A stretch of DNA of 63,037 bases, counting the filler, from Olpidium bornovanus S191 (Eukaryota > Fungi > Olpidiomycota): NCBI GenBank assembly GCA_017911155.1. It is 30 parts of 30 records of this genome, joined end to end, with 100 filler letters (N's around TTAATTAATTAA, not from the genome) between each part and the next. Parts side by side here need not be neighbours in the genome. Positions count along the whole stretch, not along the records: positions 14,229 to 15,792 come from JAEFCI010006163.1; positions 15,893 to 18,277 come from JAEFCI010008963.1; positions 18,378 to 19,766 come from JAEFCI010001228.1; positions 19,867 to 20,909 come from JAEFCI010007966.1; positions 21,010 to 22,760 come from JAEFCI010002376.1; positions 22,861 to 24,337 come from JAEFCI010009862.1; positions 24,438 to 32,140 come from JAEFCI010004146.1; 23 more parts are not named here. One strand, given 5' to 3'. Position numbers and translations under genes: made by a program. Shown one piece after another: positions 14,533 to 25,739 of this stretch. The notes under the pieces are model-generated. The model saw nothing but the letters and a program-made list of their open reading frames with translations, did not search any database and was not told the origin of the DNA. Numbering within the stretch: position 1 is the stretch's first letter; the number at the start of each line of letters is the position of its first letter.

Positions 14533-15724
14533 TTTTCCGTGCTCGTGCTCTGCGGACTTGCCAGGAATCACTTCTAACCCCTCCAGGACGCAGTCCGCCA
14601 AAAGCTTCGAACTCTCCTGGAAGATGTACTGGACACGCGCCTGGATATTCTGGACAGCAGCGCGACATGTCCTATAACTGGAGACAAGTCCACGCACGAA
14701 TGGCTTCAAGCCAAACGAAGTAATCTTTCGTGGGTTCTCCGAGTGCAAATGGCGGGGGACCTTGTCCGAGGGACGCCGAGGTCCCGACGGCGCGGCGCAG
14801 GTAGAGAGTCCGACACATTACGTGGGCAGATCTAACAGCCAGTTGGCTAGGCGCCGTGAGATGGCACGGCGGACCCCCCCGGTGGGTCCCCCGGGGCTGT
14901 GCGGGCCCTGGGGCGGTGGCATCCCCGGCTGTGCGGGCTTCGGGGCGCGGTAAGCTTACCTGTGGCGGTCCCCGGGTCGGTGAGGATCTTCCGGCCCTGC
15001 ACGCGGAAGTTCCGCACACCGCGCTCGGCGCAAAAGCACCCCGCCTGAGGACCAGAAGCAGAAATGCCAGCAAAGGATCCGTACCGCTGATGGAGATCTT
15101 GGTGTTCTGCCAGAAAAAAAAAAAAAAGAAAAAAAAAAAGAAAAAGAAAATGGTACTTCCTTTGTTGCTGGGTTTTGATAGGAATAATTTGGTATGCCCC
15201 GTGTGCAAGGTAGAAGGCGACGGCTATTGACGCAGCAAATCACAAGGGCGCAAGGGGAGAGATAGATAGCGGTTATAATTTCCAGATGAAATGTGCCACG
15301 TCCCCGAATCTCATCCCCAAGAGAGACCCTCTGCATAGTTACTGGGGGTAAACTATATGTGGGCGAAATGGCCACCGGACGCCGGCCGGAAGCTGCATCA
15401 CACCCGCGGTAGTAGGACGAGCCCCATCCCCCGCCCCGCCCTTTCCCCCACACCGTCTCCTCCCGCGACGCATCGGAGACGAGAGTTTCGCTCCACAACG
15501 GGGAAGATCGGAAGGAATCTTCTTTTCCCCCCTCCCGCCGCCCCAGCCCCGCCGTAAAAAAAAAAAAAAAAAAACAAGCGGCCCCCAATTTCCCGGAACA
15601 CACACGAGGGCAGGACCCCGGCGAAGAACCCCCCGGCCCGGGGAAAGTGAGGCGGAGGTGTGGATTGGGGAAATTCCTCGAAAGCCGTCTCCGGGCAAGC
15701 AAGCGTGAAAGAAAGGCCCACCCG

Positions 15725-15782
<58 letters not shown>

Positions 15783-16299
15783 ACCCCGCCGCNNNNNNNN
15801 NNNNNNNNNNNNNNNNNNNNNNNNNNNNNNNNNNNNTTAATTAATTAANNNNNNNNNNNNNNNNNNNNNNNNNNNNNNNNNNNNNNNNNNNNCATGCACA
15901 ATGAGCAGCAGAGCGACCCCGAAAACCTGCATCGCGGTATTGTACGGTACAGTGGGGCGGAGGCGAACGCGTGGAGCCGGCGGGGAACGGATCAAACCAA
16001 AAAAAGGGGAAGGCAGACACAAAATAACATCCAGCGAAAATGCGAAAACAGAAGACATACAACAAATACTAAGGGGTTAGATAACCGGTATCTGCAAAAC
16101 GCCTGAAAGCGACTTAACGTTACGTTCCTCGTCCACCTCCAAAGCCAGTATCTGCAAACGCAAGAAAGCAACAGTATCTGCAAACGCAGGAAAGCCACTT
16201 AATGTTACTCGCCCAGTTCCACCTTCATAACATTCCTACCATATTAAGTGACGCCGACAGGAGGACGAAAAAGTATATATAATAGTTTTTTGAAGGCCG

Positions 16300-18277
16300 G
16301 GTGCGACCGTGGTCGACGCGTCAGCCGAAAAATAGCAAGCAGTGTTTGCGGCGGGATCAGGGCCGTCCGACCCTTGTGGTTCAATTCGCGATTTTGTTCG
16401 TGTATCCGAGGTACGGCTCGGCGAACGACGCCGCAGCGCCACTCTGTCTAGTGACGCGCATGGGTCGAGCGGTTCCGAGTTCTTTTGCTTGCAAATACTT
16501 GGAAACACCGAGAGACCGCCGGAAGAAAACACTGTCAGTATTCGACCGGGCCCAAATCAGCAGAGAATACCCTCAGATGCTGTGGAGCGCCATACCTGCG
16601 TCCTCTCCGCCATTGCCGATAAAACGGCTGGCATCACCAACTCCAATGCGTTCCTCAGCGCGAGCTCCCTCTCGCCTTTGGGGTTGAGCCAGTCGTGCAA
16701 ACTTTTGAGCTCCTCAGGTTCCGCGTAGAACCCCCACGACGGGCCCGGCCGCTCCCCAGTCTCGTTTACGGCGGCAGGCGGGCGCCGCGCCCCGCACATG
16801 CCCAGCGGCGGCTCGCCAGGCGCGGCCTCTTGGACAAAAAGGCGGCCTCCGCCGTATGGCAGCCGACCGGCGCCAATGCAGCCCGCTAACGCTCCAACGT
16901 CGTCCAAATACCAGTACTGGGCGTGGTGGCGATCTCGCCCTAGAGACGCCAGGCGGTGGACGGCATACCGGAGTTCTTCCTGCGACTTCTGTTGGATTTG
17001 CCGGACCAGCCGCGCCTCGTCGTCGTCAAATTTGCGGCGATCGGCGGCCCGAGCTCGCGCAGCGTTGGCCGCCTTACGTTCGACGGCGACTTCCCGGGCC
17101 CGCCGCTCCGCCTCCAGCCGCCGGTATTCGGCTTTACGCTTCAGTTTCTCATGCCGAGATAGATTGCCGCTGTAGAGGCGGGAACGAACATGAAACACAG
17201 CCTTTAAGCCAAATATTCGCGCGCAAAGAATGCAGCACGAAGCTCACTCTTCAACCTCTTCCACGGTCAGAGCCTCATCCCTGAGAGTGTCCTTCTGGTT
17301 TTCCTCAGGCTGCTTTGCACCGTCAATCTGCTCCCCAGCCTGGGCCTTGTCAAACTCCGCACGGGCCAGCTGACTGGCCGAAAGTCAGTAACCGGTTCTA
17401 GCTGTTCGTTTGTTCCAAAACAGGGGCCGCTTAACAAGACAGATCAACGTACACCCTCTTAACTTCCCGCTTGAGTTCGGTGATTTCTCTGCGGACATTC
17501 GCCAACGCTTCCACACTCTCATCCATATACTTCCTGAAGTTCCACGACGCGGGAATTAATACCAGCACATCGTCAGCGGCCACCGTCGCCACAGGAACCG
17601 GCCGCCGAATCGTACCGAACGGAAGAAGAGCGGACAACCAGGTCGACGAGGAACATCAGAATTGCGAGTTTGTCCTCCACCGCAAGGCTCCAGAAAGCGT
17701 CCTCAACAGCAGCGCCTAAGAATTCACCCTCCGCGGTGCTCCCGGTAGGCGTACAATTCCCCTGATCCCGCGGCTGGACAAGCTTGACCAAGGGTTCTTC
17801 AACGCTATCCGCGGCCGCCTTGCTTCTAAACTGCTTGATAGAAATAATGAGATACGACATAAACTTTACCCCCTCCTTCTATGAAATCCACTATTGTGCT
17901 GAAGTAACCACAGCTTTGCCATCCATGGCATGAAAATACTAACCAACAAGGAGTCCACGAGGCAGCCGAGGAGTGCCGCGCCCCACCCTTGCCGGTCCGG
18001 AATACTCAGCCGTCGGGTATCCCATCCGCGGCCGAGAACCTCAGCACTCCGCCATGCCAAAAACTCCTGAGTCTGATCCGGCCCCTCGAACCTCTCGCGG
18101 ACGAGGGTGGCGGCAACACCGGCTGGAGGCGACTCGCTGTCGGGTACGTCGGTTGCCATGTCCACGCGTTCTGCGATGACGGCATTGAGCAAGCAAGCGA
18201 CTACCTCGATTATCAGCGCACAGCGCGGGACGGAGGTAGCGTGTAGGAGCGCGCACTCGAAATCGTCCAGCGAGAAA
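16300..18277 (-). CDS. ISWI-complex accessory subunit, Itc1/ACF1/BAZ1-like (DDT, WHIM1, WSD), partial; 3' end approximate
   Basis: DDT FSLDDFECALL..IIEVVACLLNAVI; WHIM1 FWSLAVEDKLAILMFLVDLVVRSSSVR|KYMDES; WSD LGRDRHHAQYWYLD..WGFYAEPEELKSLHDWLNPKGERELALRNAL. Confidence 0.88.
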
Positions 18278-18377
18278 NNNNNNNNNNNNNNNNNNNNNNN
18301 NNNNNNNNNNNNNNNNNNNNNTTAATTAATTAANNNNNNNNNNNNNNNNNNNNNNNNNNNNNNNNNNNNNNNNNNNN

Positions 18378-19727
18378 CATGGTCCTTTCGTTTTCCGCTA
18401 CGGAGACTTCTATGAACTTGTGAATCTCCTCCAAGATGCCTTCGCACATCTTGGCAGACATCTTATAATTTTTTGCCCGGCACGTCGAGTACACCGCGTG
18501 CATCTGCGCCTGAGCAATTTCCCGCACGGGGAGAAAGAGGGCCGCGGGGGGCGGCGTGCAAAAGCAAAAACGCCGCAGGAAAAGACGGGTGGGAAAGAGG
18601 AGGGGGGGAAAAAGTACGGCGGGAAATGTCGGCGGCGGAGGACTCAAGATTTCCCGAAAAAGCCCGTCGCGCCGGATTTGCCCCGGGAGAGGGAAGCCGC
18701 TCAATCCGGTTCCTTTTCTTTTCCCCGGCGAAAAACGTACGATCAACTTTTCTTCGTGGCCAAAAGTCGCGGCGCCCATGGCCGTCGCTCTGAAGCTCGC
18801 CACCGCCTCCCGTTCCCGGGAGAAATACGACTTTTCCAGCTCGGTTTCCTCGACGGGCTCTCTGCTCTCGCTGGCCTCCTTCGCCCACCTGCCCGAAAAC
18901 AGGGGAGAAGGGGGGGGGAAGGGGAGGGGGGGGGGAATTCCGACGGGTTTCCGTCTTCAAAAACAGCATCCATGCGCTCACGCGGGCGAGCGGGGACAAC
19001 ACAGGGAAAAGAAAACGTCTGAAAACGCCGTTCTCCTTGCCCCTCGCCCGCCAAGCGTACCCCTGCTCGAACGCGGCGAAAACTATTTCCAATGTTCTCT
19101 GACACTCTGTCTCGACGACGTTGTCCCACGCGCTGGGTTATGATCGCGCGCCCGCCCCGCCCGGGAGGAGGGGGGAAGGGAGGGGGAGGCGGCGCTTTGG
19201 CTTGGGGACAAACGCATCCGGCCGCTCAGGAAAAGTTTTCCGACACCCCCCCGCTTTTTCACCTCCGGATGACAGGCACTCCGCCTTCGTTTATGGCCTG
19301 TGTTTGCGCCGGGGCCGACCGTCAAACTCGGTGCGTCGATACCGCCGTCGTGTCTATTCCCCTTCCTCTCTCTCTCCTCCTCCCTTTCTCTTTCTCTTTC
19401 TCCCCCTCTCTCCCGCACTGACACACTACCTTACCGCAACGTAAGATTTTGCAAGCTGGGCGAACACTGGGATGTGGGAGCAAAAGAAAAAAAAGTGATG
19501 GCGGTTGTACGCCGTTAGAGGCCCTTGAACTGCAGGCTCCGGGAAACACGTCCACCTCCCCGCCTGCGGGGCCCGGCCCCTATTACGTACTACGCCCGTT
19601 GAGCACCTCGCCGAACAAAGTCTTCTGCTGCAGCGTGGAATACGCCATGCCCAAAAACTCCTGGACGCCTTCAAGAAACTGCGGCCGGAGTTCACTCTCC
19701 TGGATGTCCTCGAGGTGCTGCGCTTAG
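18378..19727 (-). CDS. Guanylate-binding protein (GBP)-like, end of G domain plus helical region, partial at both ends
   Basis: LEDIQESELRPQFLEGVQEF..KTLFGEVLNG|..FAQLAKSYVA|..SAWDNVVETECQRTLE|..EREAVASFRATAMG|..NYKMSAKMCEGILEEIHK follows the GBP_C pattern. Confidence 0.75.
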
Positions 19728-21009
19728 GGGCGAACGCGAGCGATTACGTGATGTGCGGAAGTGAGANNNNNNNNNNNNNNNNNNNNNNNNNNNNNNNNNN
19801 NNNNNNNNNNTTAATTAATTAANNNNNNNNNNNNNNNNNNNNNNNNNNNNNNNNNNNNNNNNNNNNCCCCAACGTTCATTTCATGATCCCCCCAACGTGT
19901 GCCGGACTCTGCGTCGAATTGTATCAGCTGCCCCCTTTCGTGGCGTCAGCCGACGGAGCATAGGTTCTCAGGATGCGTGGGTTTCGTTGATGGTACTTTA
20001 CTTCCTCCTTCTTCACCAGTTGTCCTGGAAAGAACGGGGAACCCTATTAGAACAGAAATGATCGGTTCTCGGCTGACGCGGCGGTTGTTGCGCCAGATAA
20101 CCGGCGGCGCGGTCATCGCCCCTGCACACGGGTTCGCCGGGCTCTTGCCGCGTAATCACCGTCCGCCGACGACGACCGCTCATTTTCCGCCCACGGCCCC
20201 CGTGTAAAAACCGTGCCGAAAAACGAGAACAACCGCCGGTTCAAAACCCTTTGCGTCCGCGCATGCGTTTTTGAGTCGTCCTGCGCACCGCACAACAGTT
20301 CACGTGCCCCATGGGCGGATTTTCGGGGGGAAATGCGCATTTGCACTCCAAGGGGCGTCGCCGTCCGGAGGCGCTGACGTTTGGGCGGGGACTCCACGTG
20401 CGTTTCGCCGAACCGGCGTGTCACACGCAAGCCGCCGACGGGAAAGCGTCCGTATCCCGCCGAACAAACGGCGGAATGTAGGCCAGCTGCAGTTACGGAT
20501 ACCATACGCGGACCGGAAGACATCCGAGGCCGGTCAATCGTTCCGTGAAAGAGGTGGGGTTCGGGAGGGGATGAACAAGAGCCGCCCTCGACATCAATTG
20601 ATAATCTGAATGCCTTCTTCGCAATAACCCTGCCCCGCGTCCCGAGCACATGGTTCACACCGGAGCTCTTTTGCAAAAATATGCTTTTGACCTCGTTGGT
20701 CGGTGGGAGGGGAGGGGAAAAGGGGGGGCATTCCTGCCAAAAGACCAGTTTTTGAGGAATAATGTCTGCTCGACCGCCTTAGCGTTCCCATGCGGCTCGC
20801 CGTGTGCAAGCAGGCCCTTACGTTTACTCTCATTGCTTCGTCCGGAAGAGGACTTGGCGCCGTCTTCGGCTGGCAAGCTGGGGATAACCCGGTGTGCTCC
20901 TACGCCTTANNNNNNNNNNNNNNNNNNNNNNNNNNNNNNNNNNNNNNNNNNNNTTAATTAATTAANNNNNNNNNNNNNNNNNNNNNNNNNNNNNNNNNNN
21001 NNNNNNNNN

Positions 21010-22760
21010 AATTTGCCGCTGGTCGCCAGTCTGTGGTTAGCGGTTTCGATTAAAAGATCGGTGTCGATTGTTGACCACGCACTGTTCCTGGGCTTGTGGC
21101 CCTGGATATTCAGAGTCTTGGCCCCCATGCCTCCCGAATGAAGTGCGGCAACCTCTACAGTGCCGTCGGTGACCTTCTCGCGAATGAAACGATACCTCAC
21201 ATCAAACTGCTTGGTACGAAAATGCGGCACGGGATACAAATGAGGCACTCAGCCCCGCGATTGTCCTCGTGGATGCGGGCTGGTTCGTCATCGGGCTTCC
21301 CGAGTTCGCCGGCGAAGTTGTGCGACCAAGTCTCCTCCGCGGCCGTCTGCTCGATTATATCGTGCTGTCATTGGCTGTCTCTTGCTCTTTCAGTGAAGCG
21401 GGCCCCCGTCGTTGCGCCCCACGTACCCCGTCATCGACTGTCGAGTATCCTGGCATTCGGCGTACTTTCAAAGACTGGCCACAGATTATCCGATCCCGCG
21501 TTTAGATACCAGGGTCCGCCCCTTTGTTTGCTTCAGGTATAAGACCACGCGATTCGCAGCCTCCCAATGGCTACCCTTCGGTGCGGCGAGGTAGCGGCTG
21601 AGCATGACGACAGCGAGCGCGATGTCCGGCCGAATGCATACTGCCGCGTACATTAGGCTCCCTACGAGCTCACGGTATCGGGCGCAGCGACTCATCTCAC
21701 AATGTAAGCTTCATTCCAGCGGCGAGCGGAACGAGCGCACCATTTTCGATGGAGAGGCGAAATTTATCCAGCATGGCGTCAATATAAGTCTCTTTGTCGA
21801 GGGCGATCATTTCGCGCTGATGGTCCCACCGGAAGCGGACACCCACCAGCGAAGTGAGCTCCTTCATATCCGTCATTGTAAAAACGGGCCGTAAATCTGC
21901 ACACGTGCGCGCGATCTCGCCGCGCTCGCACAGCAGATCGTCTACCCACAAAAATCTCTATGAGATATTTGGGTGCAGCCACGCTGGTAAACCCCGTGAT
22001 CGCGGGAGACCCGCGTGAACTTTAGATCGATGAGTCTCGCTCTGCCAGATTGTCGCAGCTTGTAAAATGCCTTCCTGGGCGAAGGACAAGATTGGCGTCT
22101 GCGGCGGCATTGTGGGTCTCCGGCGTTTACGGATGTACACTATCTTGTCTATTTCCGTGTCCAGGTATTCCATATCGACACGCATGCTATGCGTGTACAT
22201 ATACCTCTCCGCGCCATCGCGAGCCCAGCCCAGATGGACGCGAGTTCCACAACGGCGCGTAGGTTTCTCCAAAGTTTACTCCCTCTGCCTTGCGCTAGGG
22301 GCCTGGCCATTGTACCCTTTCACAGACCAATCTGGTCGCGTTGCACCTTGAAGACCCATCGCGTGCCGGCCGCGCGGGCGTGCTGTGGCAAGCTGACCGA
22401 CTCAGGATCCCACGCGCTGTGTGTGCTCAAATTCCTTCTCCTCCGCTTCACGCCAGTGGTCTGCGTCTTGGATGCACAAGACCGCCTTCGCGGTTTGACG
22501 TTCCGGTTCCGCGAACATTCCCACAACAGCGCACAAGTAATTTTTTGCGTAAACGAACTCGTCACCTTCCAGTCCTTTGTCCTTGACTTCAGGGAGGCCG
22601 GCTACTTCGCCGCTATCCGAGTTAAACGCCTGGATGTCGGCATGGGAATCTCCATATCTCTTTCCTTCTCCGCTGGCGTCACCTCTCGCTCTCCGTTGGC
22701 AGTGACGCTGCCCCGGAATCCTGAACGTCGGTGTCGTCGGACGAGTTTCGCAATGCTCAG
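21010..22760 (-). mobile_element. Decayed Ty1/copia pol (reverse transcriptase + RNase H) with stops and frameshifts
   Basis: RWVFKV, WVDDLL, YRELVGSLMYAAVCIRPDIALAV..LSRY, WEAANRVVLYLK and RTKQFDVRYRFIREKV are distributed over several frames. Confidence 0.93.
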
Positions 22761-22860
22761 NNNNNNNNNNNNNNNNNNNNNNNNNNNNNNNNNNNNNNNN
22801 NNNNTTAATTAATTAANNNNNNNNNNNNNNNNNNNNNNNNNNNNNNNNNNNNNNNNNNNN

Positions 22861-24337
22861 CTATCCGCACGAAGACGTCTCTGACTGCTTTGCGCTGCAC
22901 TTCAGCACCATCGAGCAGCCGGACAACGTCGGGGAGGTGCCGGAGGATGTCCTCCTGCAAGTAAAAAAGATCGGCGACATGTTTGAACGAAAATTGAATT
23001 ACCCGCAGAAACAAATGCGGAGAAACACGGACGGGCGGAGTCTCCTGTAGGTGACTCACTCTTTTGAGTCCTGATATTATCGAGATCAAGAACCTGGCGT
23101 TCAAACGCCGCTGGACGTACAGGTCGTGCACTTTGCTGACCAAACTGGGCGACGGCGGCCCTGACAAAGCGGCGACGAACGGGGGGTTGGGAAGGATCAG
23201 AAAGGGGCGGGTGATAGTGGTTTTGGGAAAAGAGGGTGAAGGTGGGGAGAAAGAGTGGCGAACAAACTTCGTCACGGAAGCGGCGGACTCCCCTGGGGGG
23301 CATCCGCGCTCTTTCGTTTTAGGACGTCGCACATACCGTTCTCGGTCAAAATGCCCAGAATCCGGAGGATTAACGCCTCCGCGCCGGGTTCGAAGGTTTC
23401 GATCACGTTAATCAGTTTTGACGAGCCTTGGCCGATGGACTTGATGAGCGGGTATATGTGCTTGCGAATGGCCCGCTGCACCGCAGGTGAGGCAGAGGGA
23501 AACATCGACGCCAGCCTTCGCCGAAGAAACGTGCGCGGTCAGAGCAGGAGATCGCAAACGGCGTTGGCCATTTTTCCCCGCGAAATTTGCGGTGGCGGCG
23601 GCGGCGCCAAAAACGGCAAAAAAAGACATTTCTCGGTAAACTGAAAAACATAAAAAGAAAACGTGCTCGGGCAGAACGCGCGGCCGGCAAAGCCGGCCTC
23701 CCGTCCAAACCACCGGTGTCCGCCACATCTCCCGGGAAACCGCGAGCCCTTCCGAAGCTACTCACTTGCCCAGCAGCTCGTGCTTCTTTGTGCACAGCGC
23801 GAAGAACAGCTCCAGGTGCCTCACGATGTCGGCCTCCGTCCGCTCGCTCTCCGGCCGACCGTTGCCCGCGCCGTCGCCGCCGCTCTGTTCCAAACTTTCG
23901 GCGTCCCCGGCGCCCGGTCCCGCGGGGGGGCCCGCGGCGGCGGCGGCGGGAGGCTCCGCGGTTCTCGGGGACGGCGCGGGCGGCGCGAGCAGTTCGCGGA
24001 CGCACTGTACGGCGAACTGCTCGACCCGCGGGGAAATGTCCGGGTGGTCCGGAAACCATTTTTTCACCGTCACAATAGCAGTCGACCGCGTAACCTTGCC
24101 TGGAAATTCGTGCGAATCACCTCGCCCCGATCAGCCAAAAAGTCCATACGGGCGGGACGAGAGGAAAGAAAAACAAACAAGGGATCCGAAAACGCAACAC
24201 GATAACAAAGGGAAAAAAGAAAAATAACAAAATAAAAGTAAAAAAAAGTAAAAAATAAAAATATGAGAAATGTGAGGGTCGGAAGAGCGAACGAGAGAGA
24301 AAGCCGTACGCTCGTTCAGGCAGTATTCCAGCATGAC
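22861..24337 (-). CDS. SYMPK: Symplekin/Pta1 (CPSF scaffold), internal fragment
   Basis: RSTAIVTVKKWF..VEQFAVQCVRELL; HLELFFALCTKKHELL; VQRAIRKHIYPLIKSIG..LINVIETFEPGAEALILRILGILT; VHDLYVQRRLNARFLISIISGL. Confidence 0.9.
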
Positions 24338-25739
24338 NNNNNNNNNNNNNNNNNNNNNNNNNNNNNNNNNNNNNNNNNNNNTTAATTAATTAANNNNNNN
24401 NNNNNNNNNNNNNNNNNNNNNNNNNNNNNNNNNNNNNCACCGGGGGGGAAGGGGGGGGGGGGGGGGGGGAGGAGGAGAAGGCCGGGTCGCTCACTAAAAT
24501 GCACCAGCCACTTACGTTTCAACACAGGCCGGCACGTCGCATTCGGTATCTCGTTTTTTTTTTTGGAAGTTTTGCGCTCTTGCTGGCCGCGAGCAAGGGC
24601 CGTCGGAAATTTGTCGGTTGGTTGGCCCGCAAATTGAACTACTCCGCGTACGACCACACCCCACTTCCCCTTTCCCGCTGGCGAACACCCCGCAAATCTT
24701 TTTTGTCCTCGCCCAATTCGTTCGCCCGCGAGAACGAAGTCGGGGGGGTGGAATGGTGGGGGCGGGGGGGGGGTGCGAGGGTGCGTTTCGCCGTCCCACT
24801 TGCGGGAAGTGTATATCCGGTGCGCTCCAGTTGCTTTTAAGGGATGCGCAGCTGAATGCTATCGGTCGCATTAAACCGACGGGAACCTGCGAATGCGGCT
24901 CAACACCTCGGCGCCGAGATCGCCGCGCGCGCCGTGAGGAGCTAACGCCATCGCTCACAAGCTATGCGGGCGACCCGGCCCGCGTTCGCGGCGGTCGGCA
25001 GGCCGATTGAGCCGGCGAACTCGGGAACTGCCCGCATCGCTCGAATGACCCCGAATTACAGTATTACGGTTTGCGCACGGCATCGGAAAAACATACCACA
25101 ACTTCCCCGCGGCGCAACCCGTTTCTTTCTTTTTTTCTGGTTTTTTTTTGTTCTTTTCTTTCTTTTTTCTATTTTCTTTTTTTTTTTTTTTTTTTTTGTT
25201 AAAGAAAAAAGTCGCAGAAAGGAGGCACCTGATGACTACGAGGTCGCCCCTTGCCGTACGTGTCGGTAAGCTCCTAATGGTTTGGGCCCTTCGGGATCTT
25301 CTCGCCGCTCAGCGGACGCCCGGAAGGGGTCATCGGCCCGGCAGACGCGCGCGCCGGGCGCCGACGAGTTAGGAGCCGGCCCCGATCGACGGCGTTCGCG
25401 CTCCCGACCAAAAAGGGCCCCAAAAAGGCGGAGCCACGAGGAGTAACCGAACGTGTCGTCCGACCTCCGGACTTGCGGCCGGGACGTGCGTCGTCGGAGG
25501 GTTCACGCTTTGACCCGCAGATGGCAAGGATATACGCGCACCGAATGTTATCCAGACTCTTCCGAGTCGCTTGCTTTGTCGCGAACCACAGCATCCCTCA
25601 GCGAGCATGGAAAAGGCAAGCCGCTGCCAACGGGGCCGTCAAGGGTTTCCCGTTTCCTGTCGCCGCGCGCGAGAAAGCGCCCGCTTGTGCTTCCGAAAAA
25701 CAGGGCCGACCTCGGCGACCCTGGCTGCTTGGACACATC

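Noticed and set aside
12862-15792. Exon-like segments (e.g. KTLRIVGPGEILCIIDAR; DAVRQKLRTLLEDVLDTRLDIL)
   Set aside because: I could not build a consistent strand, frame or family assignment by eye, so they are not reported as genes.
19867-20909. Possible terminal exon LVKKEEVKYHQRNPRILRTYAPS on the minus strand (similar unassigned exon-like pieces at 24438-25700, 33551-34869 and 49300-50109)
   Set aside because: No recognisable family and insufficient splice support.
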